In this document: positions 36,741-48,856 of the stretch, piece after piece
Numbering within the stretch: the stretch's first letter is position 1
Layout: each line of letters opens with the position of its first letter
Source of the DNA: Negaprion brevirostris
Taxonomy: Eukaryota
Length of the DNA: 64,000 nt
Direction of reading: 5' to 3'
Assembly: GCA_030324005.1 (NCBI GenBank)
Contig: JARDVH010000164.1
Coordinates: forward strand, 6,060,895-6,124,894
Notes under the pieces: model-generated
The model's database searches: none
Told to the model about the DNA's origin: nothing
The model's input: the letters and a program-made list of their open reading frames with translations, nothing else
Translations under genes and position numbers: made by a program

Positions 36741-38657
36741 TGCAAGTCAGAAGGTTATCTTCAATCTCTTATACTCTCAATTTTTGAGAAGCGTCTCAGA
36801 ATTAGAGACGGTTAATTATCCTATCCATCAAGCATCACCAAAAGATTAACTAAATTAGTCAGATATGACTGTCCCTTTTTGGTAAATTGGAACGTGGCCA
36901 AATGATCATATTGTCTCTGATGATGCATTTGAGTCACTTCAACATACAGGTTTGTGTCCACTAGTTAGTTTCTTCCTTCCTTGAATACTGGAGTGACACT
37001 TCAATTTTCCAAACCCAGAGATTTGAAAAATCGGGATTAACGCATCAGCAATTTACTCATCCAATTCTTTTAATACTCTTCCATATTCACTTTTCTTCCA
37101 CCTCCCAACACCCCGCTGAAACAATCTGGAGCACAAAACTTCAACAGCACAGGTATAACTGTTCCATGTCTATACAAAAATCAACAGTAGAATCCTGTGC
37201 CAATCTCACTCCTGAAAGGATCTGCAGTTCACTCAGGTTCAATGAAATACTTCATAATTTTAAAAATGCGTTTTTCATTTTAATAGTATACAAAAACAGA
37301 TGCTCCCATCTGTACTTTCAAAATACAGAAAATTGATTGGACACAAGCAAAACTCTTGCTTATTTTAAGAGTGTGATTTACAGTAGTGTGTAATTCAAGT
37401 TCTGCCAGCTCCATCAGTTTCAGACTGGTAGTACACCATAACAATAGTAAAAGAGACACTTAATCAATGACTAAGAATTGAACAAATTCATTCCATCTGT
37501 GAAAAGTAGAGAACTTCATGGCTGTCAAGCTTCTCTGGTATTCAAGAGTAAGCACTAATCAATTTTGCCACAGTCCCCAGAGCTCTTATAGTTCAAGAGA
37601 TACACACCATGCTGACTGCATACTTCCATTTGTGACAGTTGTGCTGGAGGCTTTCCTATAACTACTTTTCTATCAAATAAGGTTTTAAAATCTAAAAACA
37701 CATGCATTTCATTGCTTACATCCCTCTTGCTGGTGTTTTGTATTTCAAATTATGCTCCAGATGAATTTATTATCCTGATATGGCCCCTCCCAGCTAACCT
37801 GGTCATAAAATGGTTTAGTGATGGCCACTGACAAAGATACTGTTGCTTAAAGTTATGCTTGATGTCTAATTTAGGGAACATTAGCCAATCTATTCAGTTT
37901 AATGTTTTGCTCTGTTGCATTCATTTCAGGCATATTTCATACAGCAGAATTCAACACAGATGAAAAACAATTGATTGATGGGGGTTAAAATGTGGAACAA
38001 GTTAACTCGAACACAGGTCATGCCATCTTGGAACCACCTTCGTTCTTATCAAGATGTGCAATGAAAACGTTACGGGGGCAGCTAGTTTCAAGACTGGAGT
38101 ACAGTACAGCAAATGTTAATATTGCAAGTGCTGATTCATAAACTGCTTTAATATTGCACCAGTACAACATGCTTGCAATGCAGAGGTTTTGCAGTTGATA
38201 GCAATATGGAATACAAGCTTGCTGGATTCAAGATGCTGAGTTTGTGAACATGGCATCAGCTGTGTTTGAATTATGAAAAGCAACTTTTTGAACAATAAGA
38301 AAACTAATTTCATTTTAAAATTGCAAACAATGCTGGTTTTTGAAAAGTAATTTTCTCAACTTTAGAAAAATATTCAATCCATCAGTTAAGTTCCTGAAAT
38401 AGCATTGACAAAATCAAATTTCCCAATCTAAACATTTCTAAGTTTCTCAAAAATAGATCTGTCACGATTCATTTTCATATTGCTAAAAAATTAAGAGTTA
38501 GGTTATGCATACGGATAATTAACACTACTTCTGAACTACAAGCATTTGCACCATGCAAACAGTAGGTGCTCACAGGCCACTGCTGCAGGAAAATGAAGTT
38601 AAAAATGATGCAATGCTTGAAAAGTTATGCGCAGCCTCAAATTATTTTGCACATTAT

Positions 38658-38767
38658 GGCGGGATTTTCCAGTCACGGATGACCCAGCACAACAGACCTT
38701 TAAAATGGTCTGCTGAATTTTCTCTCACTCACTATGATTCCATGGGTGGGACAGGAAATTTCCAACC
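38658..38767. mobile_element. Short TIR element related to 7643-7765
   Basis: Ends GGCGGGATTTTCC ... GGAAATTTCCAACC, with shared internal CTATGATTCCATGGGTGGGAC. Confidence 0.55.
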
Positions 38768-39793
38768 TCTATATATATATAGAACTTGAAAACAATCAGG
38801 ACTTTTGTGTTTCCCTCCAACCAAAAAATACATTATGTTGCAATGAATTGTGAGAGCTCTTTATGCCCCATTCTCCTCTGACATGGTGCTTTAGGTTATC
38901 TTACTAGCTTTAACCGATGTCCACAGATTAATCAAAGGCAATTAGGAGTCATTTAACAATCAAGGCCTAATGGAATCCTCACTTGATTTTCTTGGAAGGG
39001 ATTGGGAGAATAGGGAGCAGTGGTGGAGAAAGATACCTGGCTTCATCCATGATGTGGGTATGCCGGCGTTGGACTGGGGTAAACACAGTAAAAAGTCTGA
39101 CAACACCAGGCCAGGGAATTTAATATCATGCAATCCAGAGAAGTGGGAGCTGGAGCTCACAGCCTTCATTTCATGACAGACCTCCCATGCTTACCATCAT
39201 TATTGATTTTTCATTAATCCCCAAATTATGGCTGGATTTTAAAATAATCACAAGCAGATTCTGAGCAGGACAGCACTAAAACATTTGGGCATTAACGTTT
39301 AAAGAGAGATGTAACTTGCTTGAATCCTGAGATGAACTGGATCCAGAACATAGTTACAATATTGTAATCACTTCATTTCAATTGATTTGAAGATGAATTC
39401 ATACTAAGTTATCAATTTTGTATGTCTAATATTCTTCATTCTCTCCTACAGAGATATGGTACCCTAGGCAACAAGAGCTCTCCAGAACTTCACTCCAGTG
39501 ACAACTCATTAGTTCGCGTAATTAAACAATGTTTAAGGGGCTCCATGTACCAAAACTTGAACCCTGTCCTCAGGAGATGTCAATAAATTCATATTTTCTA
39601 GCCATAATCACTGGAGAGCAATCAAGAACAGGAAACCAAGCTGAATTTTTCCTGTCTTAGCAGAGGAAAATTGAGACCAGTTCTGCATTTGCTGCATTAG
39701 TTATTCAGTGAAGGCAGAGATTTAAAACTGAAGAATGAACCTGAAATTTTCTGGTCAGTACAAACCAGTGCAACAACTGGCACTCAGTGCATG

Positions 39794-40427
39794 AGTGGCA
39801 CAGTAGCACAATGAATTTTTTATTTTTTTTTTTCAAACTTTATTCCAATCCAATCAAGTCAAATTAAAGCCAATTCAGAGTCCCAACAAGTTGGGACANN
39901 NNNNNNNNNNNNNNNNNNNNNNNNNNNNNNNNNNNNNNNNNNNNNNNNNNNNNNNNNNNNNNNNNNNNNNNNNNNNNNNNNNNNNNNNNNNNNNNNNNAT
40001 CTTAGCCAAAAGGCCCAGATGCCGCTTTAAAAAATTGCTTCAAATGAAGCTGAAATGTAACCTAATGACTTCAACATGTCGACACTACACTTGATCTGAG
40101 CCAAAAGGCCGAGAAGCACAGTAGCACAATGGTTAGCACTGCTGCCTCAGCGCTGGGGACATCAGTTCAATTCCTGGCTTGGATCACTGTCATATGGAGT
40201 TTCCATGTCCTCTCCATGTCTGCATGGGTTTCCTCCAGGTGCTCCAGTTTCCTTCCACAGCCCAAAAATGTGTAGGTTAGGTTGATTAGCCATGCTCATT
40301 TGCTAATTAGTGTCGGGGGATTAGCAGGGTAAATACGTGGGGTTATGGGGATAGGGTCTGATTAGATTGTCAGTGCAGGCTCGATGGTCAGAATGGCCAC
40401 TTTCTGCACTGTAGGGATTCTATGATT
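39794..40427 (+). mobile_element. HE1-type SINE whose head is split by the U2-headed insertion
   Basis: Removing 39814-40131 restores GTGGCACAGTAGCACAATGGTTAGCACTGCTGCCTC...GGGATTCTATGATT. Confidence 0.85.
39814..40117 (-). mobile_element. U2 snRNA-headed, poly(A)-tailed retroposed element with 16-bp TSD, nested in an HE1 SINE
   Basis: U2 nt 4-37 match at 40084-40117 (33/34) and U2 nt 4-27 match at 39999-40022 (22/24). AATAAA and an A-tail on - at 39816-39844. TSD GCACAGTAGCACAATG at 39798-39813 and 40116-40131. Confidence 0.85.
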
Positions 40428-40630
40428 TAATCAGAGGGCATTTTGAAGATATTTATTGAAGGAAAGAAGAAAACATTTACATCAATGAAACAAACTTGAC
40501 TGAACCTGGAGTGAATTTTAGAGTTAACATCAACTATCACTTCCAGCTGGTTAAGGAGAAAACACAAAAGTAATTGTTTATAAATATTAAAGATTATTTC
40601 TAACATGTAAAAGATAATTATTAAACTCAC

Positions 40631-40715
40631 CTGCAAGTGAACGAGGGATAGTCAGCAAACTTTCATGCACTAGGGGGTCATCAGAAGCATTCACTAGTAG
40701 AAGAGGAATCTGGAT
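40631..40715 (-). CDS. ABHD2: ABHD2 coding exon (85 bp) with the catalytic Asp (NASDDP)
   Basis: tgacag|ATC acceptor, G|gtgagt donor. Translates IQIPLLLVNASDDPLVHESLLTIPRSLA(E). Confidence 0.96.
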
Positions 40716-41291
40716 CTGTCAGCAGGTAAAGTAATTATATTACAAACAGATGCCATCTACTGACAGGGATAGCAAAGGCAAGCCTTTCAAATAATTTCAA
40801 CTGCTTACTTACATGAAGTTTGCATCCCAAAGTTTGGCTAGCTTTCCCCTATCTCACTCAAAGTATTTTTAATACAGAAAATGTTAGTACTGCGATTTCA
40901 GAAAAGTGTAATGGAAGTTACGTTAATGTCTTTAGGAAAATGTTAAAAATTTCTCTTCTTTCCCATAATCGTTCCTCCACCCCCATCAAAAAAATGAAAT
41001 TTCAATAAAGTAGAATGGTATATGTATGAAAAGCATTTGTATTTGTCACTCTCAACTATGAAGAATGCCCAGTATTAGTATTTTTTTTTAATATAAATTG
41101 GGATTATCCTGAGAGAACATTTTGCTCACAATATCAGGGGTTACAGGTCGATAGTTGAGAGAGAACAGAACAAACATTGAACTTGAAAACTGAACTGGTT
41201 TGAGCAACTTTTCCTAATGTTTACAGGTGTCGACACGTTAAGTAACTTCAGCAACAATGTAAAACCAATGTAAAAAACATGCTGTAACTAT

Positions 41292-41565
41292 ATGGTGACA
41301 CAGTGGCCAGCACTGCTGCTTCACAGTTCCAGGGACTCTGGTTCAATTCTGGCCTTGGATGACTGTGTTGGGTTTGGACATTCCTCCCCACCTCCATCTG
41401 AATTTCCTCTGGTTTTCACCCATATTTCAAAAGACATGCAGGTTAGGTGGATTGGTCATGCTAAATTGCCTCTTGATGTCCAAAGGTGTCGGTTAGGTGG
41501 ATTAACCATGGTAAGTGCATAGGACTATGGAGATCGGGCCTCAGTAAGATGCGCTTTCAGAGAGT
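41292..41565 (+). mobile_element. HE1-type SINE (diverged)
   Basis: Head and V-domain homology to the other copies. Confidence 0.75.
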
Positions 41566-42617
41566 TAGAACCATACTGGACGGAAAGTGGCCATTTGGCC
41601 CATTGAGTCTGCACTAAGTAGATGCTGAAGTATTGTAACCAATTATTCTGGTAGGTCAGTTAAGCATTCTCACATTCACTAGAGTGCAGATGTTTAAATT
41701 GCATTTACAAATAACTATGTATTCCTCAAAAGATACCTGTTACCACCAAGCATCAATATTTTAAGAAGTCACAATACACTTTTGTCAATCAACCTGTAAG
41801 CGTTTTTATAAAAAAAAGAAAATNNNNNNNNNNNNNNNAGAAACACACCCATTGGACATCCACAGCATCTTCCTGCAGGATATAAATCTCAATTGCAAAA
41901 AATATGCTGCAGACAGATCTGCTTGCATCAAAACAAGCAAGGCCTTTTGACACTGGAATTTCTTGCCACATGACCCCTAATAGAATGGATTTTCAATACA
42001 GTCCAAAACAACATGCATTTGGACAAGGAGAAAAAGGGAGAAACAAGGAGACAGGCTCGTAAATTAAACACATCTATACACGTACAATGCAACTCAAACT
42101 GTGGGTTCTAAATAAGTTTTGTTGCTTGGAGCAATATCAAAACACTTTCGATTGCAATAATTTACACTGAACAATACAGTTCAAGATCAATTTTATATTT
42201 ACCTACAAAACAAGTGGTTAATTCTTCTGTCTCCATTGTGCAAGATTGTTTGTCCTATGAAAGTGCTGCCTTTAAGCACTTGAGGACAAACTGCTCCTTA
42301 TCCAAGTCCTCCTGTAACTCATTCCAAGCTGAGTGATATAGCTCACTACATAGGCAAAGTGAATGCAGTGCTTCATCTTTGAAGCCATACAAGGCCACTT
42401 CCATCACTTGAGAATTAATGGGAAGGGATATGGAAGCTATGATGCTGGCATTCCAGGAAGGTCAACTTGACCCACATGCAATGTTTCAGGTTTTATAGTG
42501 ATACCTGCTCTTTTTGGTTGTCAATTTTTTGGAAGCTGGACAAAGTTAATATAAATCACACTGCAGTGAGATGCAAATAAATGTAGTACAATTTAAACCA
42601 GAATCGAGATTACTTAC

Positions 42618-42687
42618 ATTGTGAAGATAATGCATACAACTTTCTTGCTCATAATATTCTTTCAGTGTGCCATACCCATGGAATTTT
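42618..42687 (-). CDS. ABHD2: ABHD2 coding exon (70 bp)
   Basis: tttcag|A acceptor, AAT|gtaagt donor. Translates (R)KFHGYGTLKEYYEQESCMHYLHN. Confidence 0.96.
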
Positions 42688-43059
42688 CTGAAATAGAGAA
42701 ATAACTGTAGATCTGTGATATGTTAAAGATAGGCTCAAAAAGGATGGAAGTAATATGATATTGAATAAATAAGTTACACACTGACTTCACAGTCAAGTAC
42801 AATAGCTACATTATATTTTTTGCATTGGAAAAATGCAATGGCCAGAACATCTGAAATCAGTGTTCTTCACAGGACCCCAATCCATATATTTGCTAAAAAA
42901 CAAAGGNNNNNNNNNNGGTTAAGGGGTGATGTAATAGAAGAGTTAAAATTCTGTGTGTCAGATTTGATTATATAATCTTATTTCCAGTAACTACTGAACA
43001 TATTATTCAGGGGATATACATTTAGGATTAGTACAACAGGAGGTTAGAAAGGTTTATTC

Positions 43060-43700
43060 ATTCAACAACTTGCATTTATATAATAGCATCTTTAATACAG
43101 TAAGGTGCTTCATAGGAGTGTTATTAATAAAATTTGACATGGCCACGCAAGGAGATATTTGGACAGAAAGCCAAAAGTTTGGTCAAAGTCAGATTTTAAC
43201 AAATGCTTTGAAAGGAGAGAAGATGGAGAAGTTTAGTGGGGTGTGGCGGTGGAATTCTAGGAGTTCAGGACTAAGTAAGCAAAAGCACATTTGCCAACGG
43301 TGATGGGCTGAAAAACAGGAATGTTCAAGATACCACAATTAGGAATGTGGAGACCTCAAAGGATTGCAAGGCTGGAGGACCATGGCAGGATTTGAAAACA
43401 AGGAAGAGGACTTTAAAAATCAAGGTGCTATTGGAATGGGAGCAAACGTAAGTCAGTGAGCAAAGTGAACACGACATGGCACAAGTCAGGATATGGGTAG
43501 CAGAGGTTTAGCTGTCCTCAAGTTTAGAGGTAGAACATAGGGTGCTGGTACAAGAACCTTGGAATAGTCAAGTCTCAAAAGGTAACAAAAGATACAGATG
43601 AAGGTTTCAGCAAAGTGAGGCAAAGGCAGAGTCAGGCAAATATTATAATATGCCATGGGAGGGATGGAGTCAGTGGCTAAAGAACGAAACATATGGCAGG
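43060..43700 (-). mobile_element. L2-type LINE 3' fragment
   Basis: ACAACTTGCATTTATATAATAGCATCTTTAA reverse tail; reverse-complement similarity to 8085-8570. Confidence 0.6.
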
Positions 43701-46111
43701 GAGAATAAACAATGGCTTCAGTCTTCCCAGTAATTGGGAAAATGCTATAATACGATTGAACAAGCAGCATGACAAATTAGAGACATTGGCAGGGCTGAGA
43801 GAAGTGGTAGATGTGGAACAAAACATGCTTTGTTATTTGTTGAGAGGTAGCACCTAAATGAGGGGGGGAATGTTGAAGTTTGATTGTACATATTCACTTT
43901 GTGCACCGTCAGTAGTAGACTAATTTTAAATAGTTTTCTGTCATTATAATTGAAAATATCACCTTGCTCAGGATATCTAGGATGGCAGTTTCTCTTCTTG
44001 CTATCAGTGTCACAGACTGATACTGGCTGCTCAGCAGTTGTATAAAGTTCCAGCAAGTGTCAATTGACTGCAAATGGGACTTCTGCTCTTCACTTAAGTC
44101 GTCCTGTTTCAGAGTGCTGCTTGCGAATCTAATTGGTCAGCAGCTCCCTAATTCCAGCAGTGCCAGAAGCTGCTGTGCACATGACTGCCGGAGCCCTGAA
44201 AATGGAAATTTTTGAGCTGTTTCCTGCCAGTCTGAAAATGGAGATGGGTGGGATACAGCTCCTATGTGGCCACTAATTGGCCACTTCAGGGTCTCAAATG
44301 GGGCAGGGTGTATTGCCCTCACCAATCCCACCACAGCGAAATGTGGCTGAACGAAAACCTAGTGGGAAAGACAAATTTAAGGCGTCCCTCCTCTTCCCAC
44401 CTCAGTGCCTGCAAACCTGCCAATAGGGGAATGCAAATTTCTGCCCCACAAGTTGTGCACCATCTTGTAAAATCTATTCCTTGCCTCAAGAGTATAGATA
44501 TATAGGTTTCCTGGTCCCTGACATTTAAAATGCTCATTCTTGTGTTAAGTCCTTCCATGTTTCTGCCTCTCCTAACTTTTAACCTCCAAATTTACAAGCT
44601 CCCTCCCTTAATCCTCCAGTCCTTCCATTCTGACAACTTGGGATGTAAATTTCTGATTTTTCTGCAGTGTTGCAGTGAGTGAAAAACAGGGTGTAAGGCC
44701 CAAGGAGGCTTTCTCCACTGCATTTTTAGTCTGTTAATAAAAGGCATGGTGCAGGTCTCATGACATCACACTGGCAGGCCAGGCTCTGATTGAGCCCACC
44801 CCACCAGCTATTTAGGCTTTTGAAAGATCATGACTCCTTTTTTTAAAGGGCACCCCGATTACAAAAGACTAAAAATAAGTCATCCCTCCCCTTTGGACAG
44901 TGAACATCCATCTTTGCATCACCCCACCGATGTGAATTCACAACGACATGAATGAACTATTTAACTTGGGGGACGAGCCTGATAATGATATTTAAACATA
45001 TTCAAATGGGGATCCCAAAATTCAATGTCAGGATACCCGTTATGTCATTGGTGGTGATGGGGCAATCGTGACAAGAAATCCTGCCAAAAGACTGTCCACC
45101 TCTGTCGCCAAACCTGATCCCTGGAAACAGGAGTAGAAACCACCTCTCCCTGCATCTATGTTTATGCCACTTTACCCAACAATTTGTTGCCTTCAGCAAT
45201 CAAAGGCCCTAGGCCGATTAATTATTTCCCAAAATGTATTTTACACTCTCCCTTTTCCTGAAGGCCTTCTTTAAAACTCAATTATCTGGTAAGTTTTTGG
45301 TCACCCCTGTGAAAAGCTCTTTGCCCATGTGCTCATTTATTTTCATTATGCCTCTGATGTGCTTCGGAGCATTTTTCTACATTAAACATGTTTCTAGATG
45401 CAAGTTGTTGCTGCATATTTCTTCATTGTATTCTTCTGGGTGGAGACCATGAAGACAAAGAAAGAGATCTTGGCAAGCAGATAAATGAGCAAATGTAGCA
45501 GAAGTATTGAAGATTAATAGAAAAATAACAGATTTAAGATCTAACGTAATATACAGTTAACAAGATGCAAAGAAAATACAAAGCGACTTCAATTCCTAAC
45601 ATTTTTGACAAAATCAAGTTGTAAACCAACTGCAAAAAACAAAAAATGGTGAGCAGACAATTCAGAATTGATCCATTTAACACAGAAGACACATACATGC
45701 CAGACTTNNNNNNNNNNAGACAACTTTGGCAAGTTCAAAAGCTGAATAGATATTTGACAGAAGCATTAATCAAGAATGAGACACAAAGACAAATGGCATC
45801 TTTTGTTTTAAATCTGGCACCAGTCAGTCTGGTCTCTTCTGGTCATATACATTTCTAATTTCCAATCTTAGAAGAAAACCTGCAAAAATAACACTGTTAA
45901 AGCATCCATGTCTGGATCCTCATGAACTGAAGCACTCATAGCAAAAATTACATACTTTTTTTTCAAATGAACACACCAAAATGAAGTATTCTGAATTAAC
46001 AGAAGACAGGATTTACCATAAAAACAGCCAAGTAAGCAAGCCTGAGAGATGCATCTTCCCAAACATCTATGCGTTGAAAGATAGATGAAATGTGATTTCT
46101 ATGAAATATTT

Positions 46112-46318
46112 CACAATGCCAGGTTAAAGTCCAACAGGTTTACTCGGAATCACAAGCTTTTGGAGCATCACCCCTTCATCAAGTGAGCAGCCCACTCACC
46201 TGATAAAGAAGCAGCGCTCCGAGCGCTCGTGATTCCAAGTAAACCTGTTGGACTTTAACATGGTGCTGTGGGGCTTTTTACTGTGCCCACCCCTGTCCAA
46301 CACCGGCACATCCACATG
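46112..46318. mobile_element. Penelope-type inverted-end insertion with 11-bp TSD and two decayed hammerhead motifs
   Basis: Arms 46112-46187 and 46195-46270 are inverted repeats; ATGAAATATTT at 46101-46111 and 46319-46329. A tail fragment recurs at 39049-39110 (-). Confidence 0.75.
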
Positions 46319-46649
46319 ATGAAATATTTGACAAGTTAATCTATGTTTTAACACAAGAGCATAAGGAATACGAAGAGAAAGCCATTTGGCTTCTCATGGC
46401 TGTTTAAGTGCCATATGTCAAAGTTTAAGAAGTAGTATTGCTGAGATGTTAGGAAAGCCCACATTTATTCATTAAGTACATGGAATAGTACCATGCAAAG
46501 ATCAGAAACTCCAACAATGCAGCACTCTCTTGGTTCTTTCTGTAGTGTAAACTCAGATTAAGAGATTAAACTTCTAGCAAGGAGCTGGAAGCCACAACTT
46601 CTAAGAAGCGATATTAGAGCAGAAACTAAGATGGCGTACTGCCACTTGC

Positions 46650-46763
46650 CTCATGATATTATCATCAATGTGCATCAAGGATGTCGCTGTATAAAGTTTG
46701 CTAAGGTCTACGTCTGCCAGAGGATTTGGCGTTTTGCACTCATTTTCTCCAAACAGCATTTTT
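46650..46763 (-). CDS. ABHD2: ABHD2 coding exon (114 bp) with a non-canonical GC donor
   Basis: ttacag|A acceptor, ATGAG|gcaagt donor. Translates (R)KMLFGENECKTPNPLADVDLSKLYTATSLMHIDDNIM(R); phase 2 joins correctly to the next exon. Confidence 0.93.
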
Positions 46764-47145
46764 CTGTAACACAAAATGTTATCAACATTAACAAAATGTT
46801 ACCTATTTCTGATATTAACTCATGCCCATTGGCAGAGAATCTACCATTATGAAAAGTAACCACAGGCAAGCACATATAATGTTGGCTGATGTCAACTGCA
46901 TCAACCTTGACTGTCTCTTCTGTCCTGGAAAAGCAGACTTCAACATGACCATGAGAAGACTATTTCCCACCCTTTTGTTTGGAACTCAGTCTACTAGTTA
47001 TTTTCTTAACGCATGCACACTATATTAGAATTTTCCTGCAAAGGCGGCAATAAAACATGGAATGAATAGTAATTAAACAACACTGTCTTTTTTTTTTAGA
47101 AGTATTAAAATTGAATTAACATTCCCTGTAATCATCAGCTCATAT

Positions 47146-47445
47146 AAAGTTTTATGTTTATTTATTAGTGTCACAAATAGGTTTACAGTAACACTGCAAT
47201 GAAGTCACTGTGAAAATCCCCTAGTCGTCACACTCCAGCGCCTACTCAGGCGAACAGAAAATTTAGCATGACCAATGCATCTAACCAGCATGTCTTTTAG
47301 TCCAAAAAGAGGGGAAACTGGAGCACCCAGAGGAAACCCACAGAGAGAGAATGTGCAAACTCCACACAGATAGTGACCCAAGCCAGGAATCGAACCCAGA
47401 TCCCTGGCGCCGTGAAGCAGCAATGTTAACCACTGTGCTGCCCCC
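47146..47445 (-). mobile_element. HE1-head SINE, tail B
   Basis: Reverse complement of head, V-domain and tail B. Confidence 0.85.
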
Positions 47446-47628
47446 ATGAGCATAAATAGCGTTAATCACCAATCTATACTAAAATTATAGAACACCTTGC
47501 CCTGTAAACATTAGCCCCAGTAGTTAAGTGGTAATAAGTCAAAAATGCATCGCAGATTAAAAATGTGTCAATAAATGTTTACTTATAGTACTGGATTCTG
47601 GCAGCAACATTATTTTCTACCTGAAGCA

Positions 47629-48026
47629 GTGGGGTGGTGCAATGGTTAGCACTGCTGTCTCACAGCGCTAGGANNNNNNNNNNNNNNNNNNNNNNNNNNN
47701 NNNNNNNNNNNNNNNNNNNNNNNNNNNNNNNNNNNNNNNNNNNNNNNNNNNNNNNNNNNNNNNNNNNNNNNNNATCAATTCGATTTCCTGCTTAGGTCAC
47801 TGTGTGGAGTTTGCACATTCTCCCCATGTCTGCATGGGTTTCCTCCGGGTTCCTCCCATAGTCCAAAGATGTGTGGGTTAGATGGATTGGTCGTGGTAAA
47901 TTGCCCCTTAGTTCAGAGGGAATAGCTTGGGTAAATGTATGGGGTTATGGGGATAGGGCCAGGTGGGATTGTGGTCAGTGCAGACTCTATGGACTGAATA
48001 GCCTCCTTCCACACTAAGATTCTATG
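47629..48026 (+). mobile_element. HE1-type SINE (gap inside)
   Basis: Head, V-domain and GATTCTATG tail. Confidence 0.8.
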
Positions 48027-48856
48027 AAACAAAATATCTGTTGCCCCAGTCTTCACTCTGCCGAATTTAGCAGAACAAAATTCCAAGTAAATTGCCACAT
48101 GGACTATTTGTACGACAGTAAGGATACTGAGGAAGGGTGCAGAGATTTCACAGCTTCAGTTCTATTGAGCCTACTGGAGAGTTAACAGGAAGGAGGCCCA
48201 TATTTTCAAACTCTTCGAAGTGCTTGGTTAAGCGATTTATTTTTATTTATAGTACTGGATTCTGGTAGCAAGATTATTTTCTACCTGCAGCTAACAATAA
48301 ACTGGAGAAACAATCTGTCTTCAAGTAATATCAAAATCTTGCACTGACCAACCGGCAAGAGCTTTGATGTGGCAATGAGTGCTAGAAACTCAAATATAAT
48401 TAGCATGGCAGCACCAAAGTAAACTTTCCTGGGCCAGTGACTTCGGAATACAAAAACATTGGTCTTAAAGCCAACACGTTTATTTTGGCATTGTCATTTA
48501 TTGTGTGAGATCTATACATCAAGGGCTAGGGGCACCACAATGGTAGCAAACATGATATTAGCCAACTTATATTTTTGTGCGCGTGCTTGCATATGAGGGT
48601 GCACATGAACTTTGCTTAAGACAGCATAAATTGGTGCACAATAGAGGGCAAGGATGAAAATAATTCATGTAAACTGCTTCATCCAGCACACAACAATGAT
48701 ACCAAATGAAAGGTTAAACATCGATCATTATTATTATGTAGTGGTTTATTTGGCCAATCTTGCTCTTGAACAGGAGTTTGAATCCACTGCAGCTTATTTT
48801 ACAGAATATATTCTACAATCACAGTAAGCGTATGGATAGTCAGAAATAAAAGTCAC

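Noticed and set aside
40084-40117. Functional U2 snRNA gene
   Set aside because: Only nt 4-37 are present. There is no Sm site or 3' stem-loops, and the upstream flank is SINE sequence rather than an snRNA promoter.
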